Of a DNA stretch of 64,000 bases, positions 1 to 9,208 are shown piece by piece (positions within the stretch are counted from its first letter, which is position 1; every line of letters starts with the position of its first letter). Source of the stretch: Candidatus Ozemobacteraceae bacterium (GTDB taxonomy: Bacteria > Muiribacteriota > Ozemobacteria > Ozemobacterales > Ozemobacteraceae); the NCBI GenBank assembly GCA_965140445.1, contig OZ223236.1, forward strand, positions 3,072,001 through 3,136,000, given 5' to 3'. A program made the translations under genes and the position numbers. The notes under the pieces were generated by a model. It had not been told where the DNA came from. It saw only the letters and a program-made list of their open reading frames with translations, and searched no databases.

Positions 1-780
1 GGAAAAAAGTGGTTTTTTCTGGTTGTGGAAGGTCTTTCCGATTCCAGTCCGAGAAACCGAAAGCTTTCAGAGGAAATTCTTATTTCCAAGTATGATGACA
101 TGATAGCGGAATTGATAATGGTTTTAGAAAATAATGATAGTTCTTTGCATGCAAAAGCATCTGTTGCCAAGATCCTTTCAGCAACTCAGGATTCAGGAAT
201 TAGAGAATATCTGCACCAGTTTGGTAATCGTGTTATCAGAAAACTTTATGAGTATAAAATTGAAGAGTATGTCCTAAAGAAGGATCTTGGCCCCGAAAAA
301 TCAGAATATTTTTCAATGATTCTTACTGAAAGGGCCTGGGCAATGACGAAGCTTATAATTTGCCTGGTTGCACCTGAACAAAATAGAGAGGCAAGGGATC
401 TTTTTAAAAGTCTTTATTCCTCAAATGAAGAAATGATTAGTAACGCCATAGAAGTTCTTCAAAACATGGGAGAACGGCAATTGGTTTACCATATTATCCC
501 CATTCTTGAGAATATCTCATTAAAGCAGATTGCCAACTATGGCATGGAAGCTTTCAGCATTCACGAAAATGATGCTAAAATCATTCTTGGTAAATATCTC
601 AGCAGCCGAGATCGGGAATTGCGGGAAGCTGCCATTTTTACTATTTGTAAGTCTGAAATTGAAGATCTTGTTCCAGCCGTTCGCAATATACTTAAAGCTT
701 CAGGCACAACTGATGAAACCAGAAAGTTATGCGAATGGACTCTTTTTAAACTAGAGGAAAAGGGCATCCCTTGCCATTAA
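1..780 (+). CDS. HEAT/ARM-repeat protein, C-terminal part (gene probably begins before the window)
   Basis: Helical repeats such as LSSRDRELREAAIFTI and NEEMISNAIEVLQN; followed by a cNMP-binding gene, as in nucleotide-transporter/HEAT/cNMP loci. Confidence 0.6.
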   Translation, partial: GKKWFFLVVEGLSDSSPRNRKLSEEILISKYDDMIAELIMVLENNDSSLHAKASVAKILSATQDSGIREYLHQFGNRVIRKLYEYKIEEYVLKKDLGPEKSEYFSMILTERAWAMTKLIICLVAPEQNREARDLFKSLYSSNEEMISNAIEVLQNMGERQLVYHIIPILENISLKQIANYGMEAFSIHENDAKIILGKYLSSRDRELREAAIFTICKSEIEDLVPAVRNILKASGTTDETRKLCEWTLFKLEEKGIPCH

Positions 781-786
781 TTAATT

Positions 787-1695
787 ATGATTACGATTGA
801 AATAATTTTATTTTTAAAACGAATCTCAATTTTCAGCAGCTTGACTAGCTATGAGTTAAGAAAGATTGCTGAAGTTCTTTCCGAAGACGAATTTCAAGCT
901 GGAGAAACACTTTTTGCTGAAGGTGATTTTGGTGACTGTATGTATTTTGTCACTGAAGGAAAATTCTCTGTCTATACAGGAAAAACACCTGCAATCAAGA
1001 TTCTTGCTGTCTTTGAGAAAGGGCAGTTCTTTGGTGAAATGGGTTTATATGATGATAAGCCACGTGCCGCTTCAGCAATGGCTCAAACTAACGCAAAGGT
1101 TTTAACTCTTAGGAAAGGGGAATTCTGCGACTTGATCAGTGAATTCCCAATGGTAGCTTTAGGCATCATGAAAGAGTTGAATACAAGGATCAGAGCCACA
1201 AACCAAAAATTGAATCTTATTGAAAAGAACGTTATAGAAAGCACTTCCAAGCTTTATGCCAGAGATTATTTTGTAGATTGCGTATCTAATTATCTTAGTA
1301 AAGCAGCTATTGAAGAACAGAAAATTGGCTTTTTAAAAATCCGCCTAAGAAAGTTAGAGTTTAAAAAAGATAAAAAAAGTCTTGAGACAGAAACACCGGA
1401 AATTCTTAGATCAAACCTCATTAAAGAACTTGGAATGTCTATTAATGACTTTATAAGAGAATCTGACATGGTATGTCGTTATAGTGAAGACAGCATATTG
1501 CTTATGATTCCAGATCTTGACCACAAAGGATTGCTAAAATTTCAGGCCAGGATTACAGACGATTTAAATCAAATTCTGGTTGAATATGAATCCGAAAAGA
1601 GTGTTTCATCAGATATCGAGTTTAAAATCTTTGTTTTCCCAGAAGATGCAAAAACTCCACAAAAACTGTTTGAAATGATTGATGTCAGTGAATGA
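787..1695 (+). CDS. cNMP-binding domain protein with degenerate C-terminal GGDEF-like domain
   Basis: FGEMGLYDDKPRAASA phosphate-binding cassette; C-terminal IRESDMVCRYSEDS (RxxD kept, GGDEF lost). Confidence 0.8.
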   Translation: MITIEIILFLKRISIFSSLTSYELRKIAEVLSEDEFQAGETLFAEGDFGDCMYFVTEGKFSVYTGKTPAIKILAVFEKGQFFGEMGLYDDKPRAASAMAQTNAKVLTLRKGEFCDLISEFPMVALGIMKELNTRIRATNQKLNLIEKNVIESTSKLYARDYFVDCVSNYLSKAAIEEQKIGFLKIRLRKLEFKKDKKSLETETPEILRSNLIKELGMSINDFIRESDMVCRYSEDSILLMIPDLDHKGLLKFQARITDDLNQILVEYESEKSVSSDIEFKIFVFPEDAKTPQKLFEMIDVSE

Positions 1696-3715
1696 GTCTT
1701 CAATTAAAATGAAATTTTCTCAACAACTAAAGCTTTTTTTGCTCGTAGTTGTTGCTGGAGTAATCATTTATTTTCCAGCCATTCAGGATAGTGTTGGATG
1801 GTATAATTCAGGAGAATTTGTTGCTGCTGCAATGACCCTTGATGTGCCTCACGCTCCCGGTTACCCTTTATATACGCGGATTTGCAACCTGGGTTTGAGT
1901 ATTCCTATACAATCTGGACCAGCCTTAAAAGTTAATCTTGTTACGGCTTTAACCGGGATTTTTGCAGCTGGGATATTATTTCTTTTTCTTAGCTTTGCCC
2001 GAATTAAAGATACTTTTGCACTGTCTGGTGCTTTTTTACTGTTGTTCAGCCAGACATTTTTTGAACAGTCAATTCAAGCTGAGGTCTATAATCTTGAGAT
2101 TTTATTTATTCTTCTAGGGCTTTTCTGTGGTCTTTTTATTGCTCGGGGAAGTTCCAACCCGTGGTTAGCATTTTTCTGTGGCCTGGTAGGCTTCGCTGGT
2201 TTTGGCCATAGACCAACATTTGGATTATATGCAATTTCTTTAATCTTTTTTCTAAAGAAACGTGAAACTCCTTTTCCCAAAGATGTTAGGTTTTACTCAT
2301 ATTTTGTTTTTGGTATTTTGGTAGGCCTTATCCCCACCTTTGATTTGTATTTGAGACTCCAGAATCCTGGAAGGGTATTGCTTGATCCACTGATCGGTCA
2401 TGATATGGCAAGCTTTTTCAGAATTGTCACCGGAAGAGTTTATTCTGGTGGTTTCTTTGCTTTTGATCTAAAAGAACTTTTGCTTAGGTTTAAGGACATT
2501 GTTTTCTATTTAACCGCTGATTTATATGTCTGGCCAATCGCTATAGCATTGTTTTTATTCTATCGCTATCCCGCAAAATATGAAAACTCACACATTGTAA
2601 ATGCTGCATCTTTTCTAATTGTCAGTAACATAATCTTTGTAGCTAATTACAATGCTTTTGAAGCTCAAACAATGTTGTTGCCATCAATCCTTGGAATCGT
2701 AATCCTTGCAAGTATTGGTTTAACAAAGTTACCGGATAAAATGATCAACAGAAAAATTGTTATGGGACTTTTGGTTTTTACCTTTGGAATATTTTACTTA
2801 TCAAATGAAAAAGCTAATAATGAAGCGGTTGAATTTGTAAAAACATCATATAAGGAGTTGCCACCGAAGTCTCTGTTATTGCTAAGTAATGACGTGGAAT
2901 TCCGCCCATATTGGTTTTTAAGGTTGTCAGAAAAGTTTAGAAGCGACCTTAGAATTAGTCTGGTAGATAAGATTGAGACTGATGAATTATCATTTCTAAA
3001 TAAAGCTACTGTTAACCATGGTGTTTTCGGAACAATGGTTTACCCAAAAGATATTCTTAAAAGCCTCATAGCATCTTTTTCCATTGAAAATAATGGATAT
3101 TTTCATCAAATCTTACCTCCGGATCAAGCTTTTAAAACTGTGAATGATTTAAAATTGGCGAATAAAACCCTTGTTTTAAATGAGCTTAAGGTTGATGTTG
3201 GAATTTTTGACAGCAGTAGACAGAATTGGCAAAAGGGTGGGGCCTTTGAATATTTCTATAATCTTCAACCTTCTTTTATCGCTGGAAAAGACATTGAATT
3301 CGTTGCTTATATAGAAAAATCTAATGGAAGTTTAATTTCCAGTCACGGAATTTTTATCATGAATGATCTTCATTCTCCTCTGGATTATATTTGTAAAGCT
3401 GATTTGAAAAGACCAAATCTGCTTATTAAAAGGAAGATTGTCATTCCAAAAAGTATGGCTGAGGGCACTTACAAATTTGTGCTGGCCATTGTACCTACTT
3501 CATTAATTAAAGATTTTATTAAGGAAGATGAAATTTGTGCTCCTGAAGGAGTTACACCATTAAACTGGAATGGCTTCCTGGAAGTTTTTAGACTAAAAAA
3601 TGGATTAAGCTCAAGGCCTCTCATTGGAGGTCAGAAATTTTTTGATTTTGAAAAACTTAGTAAGAAAATATTTAACCCGGCAAATTCTTTTTCATTTAAT
3701 TTTACTGTTAAATGA
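1679..3715 (+). CDS. DUF2723 / TMEM260-like GT-C membrane glycosyltransferase
   Basis: SGEFVAAAMTLDVPHAPGYPLY and AEVYNL motifs, many TM helices. Confidence 0.8.
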   Translation: MMSVNESSIKMKFSQQLKLFLLVVVAGVIIYFPAIQDSVGWYNSGEFVAAAMTLDVPHAPGYPLYTRICNLGLSIPIQSGPALKVNLVTALTGIFAAGILFLFLSFARIKDTFALSGAFLLLFSQTFFEQSIQAEVYNLEILFILLGLFCGLFIARGSSNPWLAFFCGLVGFAGFGHRPTFGLYAISLIFFLKKRETPFPKDVRFYSYFVFGILVGLIPTFDLYLRLQNPGRVLLDPLIGHDMASFFRIVTGRVYSGGFFAFDLKELLLRFKDIVFYLTADLYVWPIAIALFLFYRYPAKYENSHIVNAASFLIVSNIIFVANYNAFEAQTMLLPSILGIVILASIGLTKLPDKMINRKIVMGLLVFTFGIFYLSNEKANNEAVEFVKTSYKELPPKSLLLLSNDVEFRPYWFLRLSEKFRSDLRISLVDKIETDELSFLNKATVNHGVFGTMVYPKDILKSLIASFSIENNGYFHQILPPDQAFKTVNDLKLANKTLVLNELKVDVGIFDSSRQNWQKGGAFEYFYNLQPSFIAGKDIEFVAYIEKSNGSLISSHGIFIMNDLHSPLDYICKADLKRPNLLIKRKIVIPKSMAEGTYKFVLAIVPTSLIKDFIKEDEICAPEGVTPLNWNGFLEVFRLKNGLSSRPLIGGQKFFDFEKLSKKIFNPANSFSFNFTVK

Positions 3716-3733
3716 GCTGTTAATTGCATTGAC

Positions 3734-3762
3734 TTGAATTTATTTGGTGCAAAGGCTATAAT
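3734..3762 (+). promoter_or_regulatory. sigma70-type promoter upstream of glyS-like gene
   Basis: TTGAAT-17 nt-TATAAT; RBS AGGAG before TTG at 3795. Confidence 0.6.
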
Positions 3763-3794
3763 TCAAGCCCAATTAACATCTTCAGGAGAGCAAA

Positions 3795-5762
3795 TTGCCT
3801 AAAACCTTATTAATAGAAGCTGGATTCCTTGGTTTGCCAGGTCGTTTTTTCGGCGATTGTGCAAGAAATTTCTCCGAAGTTGTAGAAGAACTCCTGGAAA
3901 GAGATCGTTTAGATTATTCCAAAGTTAGATGCTGGGTAAGTTCCAACCGCATTGGAGTTCTGGTTGAAGGCCTTGCAGATGTTCAACACGACTGCGTAAA
4001 AGAGGTCAGAGGTCCAAAAGCTGCGGTAGCTTATGATTTAAATAATTTACCAACCCCAGCTGCAAAAGGATTTGCTTCAGCGCAGGGGCTTGAACTAAAA
4101 GATCTTTATATAAAAGATGTTGAAGGGGAAAGATTTCTTTTTGTCAAAAAAACCGACACCGGAAAAAATGCCGAAAACTGCATTCAAAAGATAGCCGATA
4201 AGATTTTTTCCAGTTTCCCGTTTAACTCATCTCCATGGAAAAAAGGAAGCCTTTTTCCTCAACCGCCTCTTTATATTTGTGGAATGCTTGATTCAAAAGT
4301 TGCTGAAATTGAGTTTGAAGGATTAAAAGCAGAATCAAAAACCGGATGCTTTAATTTTCCAGGTGTTCAACGATTTCAGATGGAACACGCATCTGATTAT
4401 CCTGTTTTTATGAAAAAAGTCGGGATGGAGTCAGATTTTAAAGAAAGAAAAAAATTGGTTGAATCTAAAATCCGAGCGATGCTTCCAGATGGATGCCGCT
4501 TAATGAGCAATCAAAAACTGCTTTCTGATTATACGCTTTCTCAGGAAGAAGCTTTTCCAGTGCTATTGAAGTTTAAACCTAAGTATCTGGAGATGCCCGA
4601 CGAAGTTTTGCTGGAAATTCTTTCTGGTCAATTCAGGCATTTAACCTGTGAAAGTTCCAATGGAAAGCTTCTTCCATTCACTGTGGCTTTGGCTTCTTCC
4701 GGAAAATTTCCAGGGATTGAAGAAACGGTTTTGGGAAAAATTCTCAATCGATTTCTTGATAAAGTTTATGCTTGCTGGGAACGGGACAAAAAAATTGATT
4801 TGGCTGCTATATCTTGTAAAGCAGATGAATTGGAAAATGAATTAACTGTTTCGGATAGCAGAGAGATATCGAAGATAGCCACTTGGCTATCAGAGCATCT
4901 AGATATAAAAATAAATCTGAAAGAATTGGAGACACCCTTAAAATTCATTAAGTTAAGTGAAGTTACAGAAGTCTCAAAACTTGTTCCTGGAACCGGTGTT
5001 TCAATAATTTTGAAAAATCTTGAAATTAATGGAACTGTTTCTGAGGAGATTTTATCGCTTTTAAGAACTATCAATCTTGTTAAGAACGGTAAAACTTTAA
5101 AAACTGAGTGTGAAGCTGGGAAAATTCTATCCTTAGCATACCTTCTCAGAGATTATGCACGGTCAGAAGAAAAAGAGATGTATATCAACAGGGTTTTAAA
5201 CTATTTAGTAAACAACTCTTTAAGGTTTGATTTGTTTTATTCAATAAACAGACTTTTCCCAGGGCTAAAAATTGAAAGAAAGGACTGGATGGAGTGCTTT
5301 TTTAAACTGTTTATTAAAGAAACGGAAAGTAATGAATCCATTTGTGATGGTTTGGTTTCAGCAAGGGGGTTTGATCCGGTTTCTTTCAGAGAAGCTTATT
5401 TAGAGTGGGGATCTAGTTTACCACCAGATGGTGAATATCTTATTGGCCTTAAAGCAAGAATAGGGGCAAGGCTACCAGATAAATCAAAAATTCAACCAGT
5501 AGAAGCCTCAACCGAACTTGAAAAGGAATTAGAGGAAGGAATTTTTAAGATTGAGGAGCTTTCAGGGGTTAATTATCTTGAAATTTATCGATTTTTTATT
5601 GATAAACGTGTGGATATTGAAGCATGCCTTATGGATCTCCCACCAATCCTGGATGATACTAATGATGAACTTACAGCAAGAATTTACCTTTTAAAAAGGC
5701 TTTCCACGCAATTAGTAAAATTGCCTTTTATACGTAAAGAAAAAAAGTTAGAAAAGAATTGA
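3795..5762 (+). CDS. glyS: Glycyl-tRNA synthetase beta subunit-like protein (diverged)
   Basis: EVRGPKAAVAYD..PTPAAKGFASAQG and FKPKYLEMPDEVL match GlyRS-beta N-terminal blocks; rest diverged; no glyQ adjacent. Confidence 0.6.
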   Translation: MPKTLLIEAGFLGLPGRFFGDCARNFSEVVEELLERDRLDYSKVRCWVSSNRIGVLVEGLADVQHDCVKEVRGPKAAVAYDLNNLPTPAAKGFASAQGLELKDLYIKDVEGERFLFVKKTDTGKNAENCIQKIADKIFSSFPFNSSPWKKGSLFPQPPLYICGMLDSKVAEIEFEGLKAESKTGCFNFPGVQRFQMEHASDYPVFMKKVGMESDFKERKKLVESKIRAMLPDGCRLMSNQKLLSDYTLSQEEAFPVLLKFKPKYLEMPDEVLLEILSGQFRHLTCESSNGKLLPFTVALASSGKFPGIEETVLGKILNRFLDKVYACWERDKKIDLAAISCKADELENELTVSDSREISKIATWLSEHLDIKINLKELETPLKFIKLSEVTEVSKLVPGTGVSIILKNLEINGTVSEEILSLLRTINLVKNGKTLKTECEAGKILSLAYLLRDYARSEEKEMYINRVLNYLVNNSLRFDLFYSINRLFPGLKIERKDWMECFFKLFIKETESNESICDGLVSARGFDPVSFREAYLEWGSSLPPDGEYLIGLKARIGARLPDKSKIQPVEASTELEKELEEGIFKIEELSGVNYLEIYRFFIDKRVDIEACLMDLPPILDDTNDELTARIYLLKRLSTQLVKLPFIRKEKKLEKN

Positions 5763-5839
5763 ATCTAAAAAAAAAGCTGATATCCTTTAAAGCTAAATCT
5801 AAAGGTTACAACAACATTATTCCCCATGGAGGATAATTT

Positions 5840-8320
5840 ATGGCAAAAAGTGAAAAAGAAAGCAAAACAGCAATTGACAACACCTCCGATGAAATCTTAG
5901 ACCAGGCAGAATCAGAAATGTATCCTCTGCTACCACTAAGAGACGTGGTGGTTTTTCCTTACATGGTAGTTCCTCTGTTTGTAGGAAGGAAAAAATCCAT
6001 TCGTGCAATTGAAGAGGCAATGCTCAAAAATAGAAAGATTGTCCTTTGTTCTCAAAAGCAGGCTAAAACTGATGATCCTGAGAAAGGTGATCTTTATCAG
6101 ACTGGTACAGTTGCAGAAATCCTACAATTACTGAAACTTCCCGATGGAATTTTAAAGATTCTTGTCGAAGGTACAACCAGAGTTTCCATCCAGGACTTTG
6201 TTAGAACTGAAGAATTTTTTGAAGTTGAAGCAATCAAAATTGGTGGCGAGGATAAAAAGACAATTGAACTCCAAGCCCTTATGCGCAACGTTATTAGTCT
6301 TTTTGAGCAATATGTTAAGCTGAACAAAAAAATTCCTCTGGAAGTTATTATGGTTGCTAATAATGTTGAAGAGCCAGGAAGGCTTGCTGACATTATTACT
6401 GCACATTTGAATCTTAAAGTTGAAGAAAAACAGGAGATCCTTGAAGCTGCTATACCAAAGGATCGTCTTGAAAAAATAGCTCAAATTCTTAATCGTGAAT
6501 TAGAAATAATGATGGTTGAGAAAAAAATTCGTGGCCAGGTTCGAAAGCAGATGGAACAAATCCAGAAAGAATATTACCTTCGTGAACAAATGAAGGCTAT
6601 TCAAAAGGAACTTGGTGACACTGATGAAAGAACAGAAGAAATAGAAGAGCTAAAAGAAGGCATAGCTAAAGCAAAAATGCCTGAAGAGGCCAGAGAAAAG
6701 GTCGATAAGGAACTTGCAAAGCTTATGCGAATGCCACCAGGCTCAGCAGAAGCAACAGTCTCAAGAAACTACATAGATTGGTTAATTTCTCTTCCATGGA
6801 AAAAGCAGACTAAAGACAGAATTGATCTGGAAAAATGTCAGGAAATTCTTGATGAAGATCATTTCGGACTTAAAAAGGTTAAAGAAAGAATTCTTGAATA
6901 CCTTGCTGTTTGTAGATTGAAAAAGACAATTAAAGGGCCAATCCTTTGCCTTATAGGACCTCCAGGGGTTGGTAAAACCTCATTAGGCAAGTCTATTGCT
7001 CGTTCATTGAATAGAAAATTTGCCAGGATTTCCCTTGGTGGAATGAGAGATGAAGCAGAAATTCGAGGGCACCGAAGAACCTATATTGGAGCTATGCCAG
7101 GAAGAATAATTCAGGCTTTGAGAGATTCTGGTTCAAGAAATCCTGTAATCCTTCTGGACGAAATCGATAAAATGGGAATGGATTTTAGGGGCGACCCGAG
7201 TTCAGCCTTGTTAGAAGCCCTTGATCCAGAACAGAACTACAACTTTTCTGACCATTATCTTGCAACACCTTTTGATCTTTCAAAGGTATTGTTTTTGACC
7301 ACTGCGAATGTTCCGCATACAATTCCTGGACCTCTTAGAGACAGATTAGAAGTTGTCTATCTTCCTGGTTATACTGAAGAAGAAAAGGTTCAGATTTCTG
7401 AAAAATATCTTGTTCCAAAACAGAAAGAGGCCAATGGAATTGATAAATATGCTGTAGAGCTTAAACAAAGCTCTATCGTCGAAGTAATCCGAAAATATAC
7501 CAGAGAAGCTGGTGTTAGAAATCTGGAAAGAGAACTTGCTTCAATTTGTAGAAAAATAGCAAGAGATATAGTTCTCGGATACAAGAAGGTTAACAAAAAA
7601 GGTAGTTCTAAAACTATTACTGTTACTGCAAAGACTGTAGAAAAATACCTTGGAATTCCTAAATTCCATGGTGACAAAACTGAAGATAAAGATGAAATCG
7701 GTCTTGTTAATGGACTTGCCTGGACTGAAGTTGGCGGAACAACGCTTCCAATTGAGGTTGTAGTTATGCCTGGTAGGGGCAAGATCATTTTGACAGGTTC
7801 TTTGGGGGATGTAATGAAGGAATCTGCCCATACCAGTTTGTCCTATCTCAGAAGTCATGCAGATTTACTGAAAATGCGTCCTATTGATTACGATTCAATG
7901 GATTTACATATCCATTTCCCTGAAGGAGCTGTTCCTAAAGATGGACCTTCTGCAGGTATTGCAATTGCTACCGCTATTTATTCAGCTTTGAATGAAGTTC
8001 CGGTAAGTAGCAAAGTCGCTATGACAGGTGAAATAACTCTTAGAGGAAAAGTTCTTCCTGTTGGTGGAATTAAAGAAAAGCTTTTGGCTGCTCATAGACA
8101 GAATATTAAAACTATTATTCTATCCAAAGAAAATGAAAAAGAATTAGAAGAAATTCCACCTCAGATTAGAAAAAATCTAACTATTCACAAGGTTGAATAT
8201 GCAAATGAAGTTCTTGAATTTGCTTTAACTGGAAAACCAAAGAAAACGCCATTAAAATTTAGCCGAAGGGCTATTGGAACAGAAGCTAAGAAAAAAAGAC
8301 GCAAGTCTAAGGAAAACTAG
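5840..8320 (+). CDS. lon: ATP-dependent protease La (Lon)
   Basis: PLLPLRDVVVFP, Walker A GPPGVGKTS, RRTYIGAMPG, catalytic PKDGPSAG. Confidence 0.98.
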   Translation: MAKSEKESKTAIDNTSDEILDQAESEMYPLLPLRDVVVFPYMVVPLFVGRKKSIRAIEEAMLKNRKIVLCSQKQAKTDDPEKGDLYQTGTVAEILQLLKLPDGILKILVEGTTRVSIQDFVRTEEFFEVEAIKIGGEDKKTIELQALMRNVISLFEQYVKLNKKIPLEVIMVANNVEEPGRLADIITAHLNLKVEEKQEILEAAIPKDRLEKIAQILNRELEIMMVEKKIRGQVRKQMEQIQKEYYLREQMKAIQKELGDTDERTEEIEELKEGIAKAKMPEEAREKVDKELAKLMRMPPGSAEATVSRNYIDWLISLPWKKQTKDRIDLEKCQEILDEDHFGLKKVKERILEYLAVCRLKKTIKGPILCLIGPPGVGKTSLGKSIARSLNRKFARISLGGMRDEAEIRGHRRTYIGAMPGRIIQALRDSGSRNPVILLDEIDKMGMDFRGDPSSALLEALDPEQNYNFSDHYLATPFDLSKVLFLTTANVPHTIPGPLRDRLEVVYLPGYTEEEKVQISEKYLVPKQKEANGIDKYAVELKQSSIVEVIRKYTREAGVRNLERELASICRKIARDIVLGYKKVNKKGSSKTITVTAKTVEKYLGIPKFHGDKTEDKDEIGLVNGLAWTEVGGTTLPIEVVVMPGRGKIILTGSLGDVMKESAHTSLSYLRSHADLLKMRPIDYDSMDLHIHFPEGAVPKDGPSAGIAIATAIYSALNEVPVSSKVAMTGEITLRGKVLPVGGIKEKLLAAHRQNIKTIILSKENEKELEEIPPQIRKNLTIHKVEYANEVLEFALTGKPKKTPLKFSRRAIGTEAKKKRRKSKEN

Positions 8321-9196
8321 ATGACAATAAAAATTACCTCTGCGACTTTTCATGCATGCGTTACTAACAAAGCCGCAATTCCAGATGATAATCTGCCAAT
8401 TGTAGCTCTTGTTGGTCGTAGTAACGTTGGAAAGTCTTCATTAATTAATGCTCTCTGTGGTCGTAAAGAATTGGCCAGGACCAGTTCTTTACCGGGAAAA
8501 ACTCTGACCATTAATTTTTATTTGATTAACGAAGCTTTTTATATTGTAGATTTACCTGGATATGGTTATGCAAAAGCATCAAAGGTAACCAGGCAGAAAA
8601 TTCAAGCAATGATGAATGAATTTTTCGGAGAGTGCAATCGTTTGAAGGGCGTAATTCAAATCCTGGATGTTAGGCATAAGCCATCTGCATTAGATGTTCA
8701 GATGTTTTCATGGATAAGAGATCAGAAATTTAACTATCTCGCAGTTTTAACCAAAATGGATAAGTTAAGTAATCAGCAAGGGTTAAAAATGCGCAAAGAA
8801 ATTTTAAGAGATATTAAAGTTGATTTTGCACTAACATTCTCGGCTAAAACTAAAGCCGGAAAAGATGAATTTCTTGATGCCCTTGAAAAGATAACTTCAG
8901 GCGCAGATCTTGGAATTCCTAAGCCAGCTCCTGCAATGGAAAGAAAAAGAAAGCCAAAAAACCAGGATAGCAATTCTAAAGACAAAAAAGATCCAAACAG
9001 AAGGCCTCCTAGAGATAACAAAAGAACAAAAGATAATCGTCCTCAAGGTGGCAATGGGCCAAGACCAGAAAGAGATAATAAGCCATCTGGCGGAGATGGT
9101 AAAACAGGAAATAGCGGCGGAAATGCTGGAAGTTCAAGGAGACGAAGGCCTCCAAGAAAGAGAAAAGATCCAGCGCAGCCAGAAAAAGCAAACTAG
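8321..9196 (+). CDS. engB: Ribosome biogenesis GTPase YihA/YsxC (EngB) with long basic disordered C-terminal tail
   Basis: GRSNVGKSS, DLPGYG, TKMDK; abuts lon, the conserved lon-yihA order. Confidence 0.95.
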   Translation: MTIKITSATFHACVTNKAAIPDDNLPIVALVGRSNVGKSSLINALCGRKELARTSSLPGKTLTINFYLINEAFYIVDLPGYGYAKASKVTRQKIQAMMNEFFGECNRLKGVIQILDVRHKPSALDVQMFSWIRDQKFNYLAVLTKMDKLSNQQGLKMRKEILRDIKVDFALTFSAKTKAGKDEFLDALEKITSGADLGIPKPAPAMERKRKPKNQDSNSKDKKDPNRRPPRDNKRTKDNRPQGGNGPRPERDNKPSGGDGKTGNSGGNAGSSRRRRPPRKRKDPAQPEKAN

Positions 9197-9208
9197 TCGG
9201 GAGGAAGT

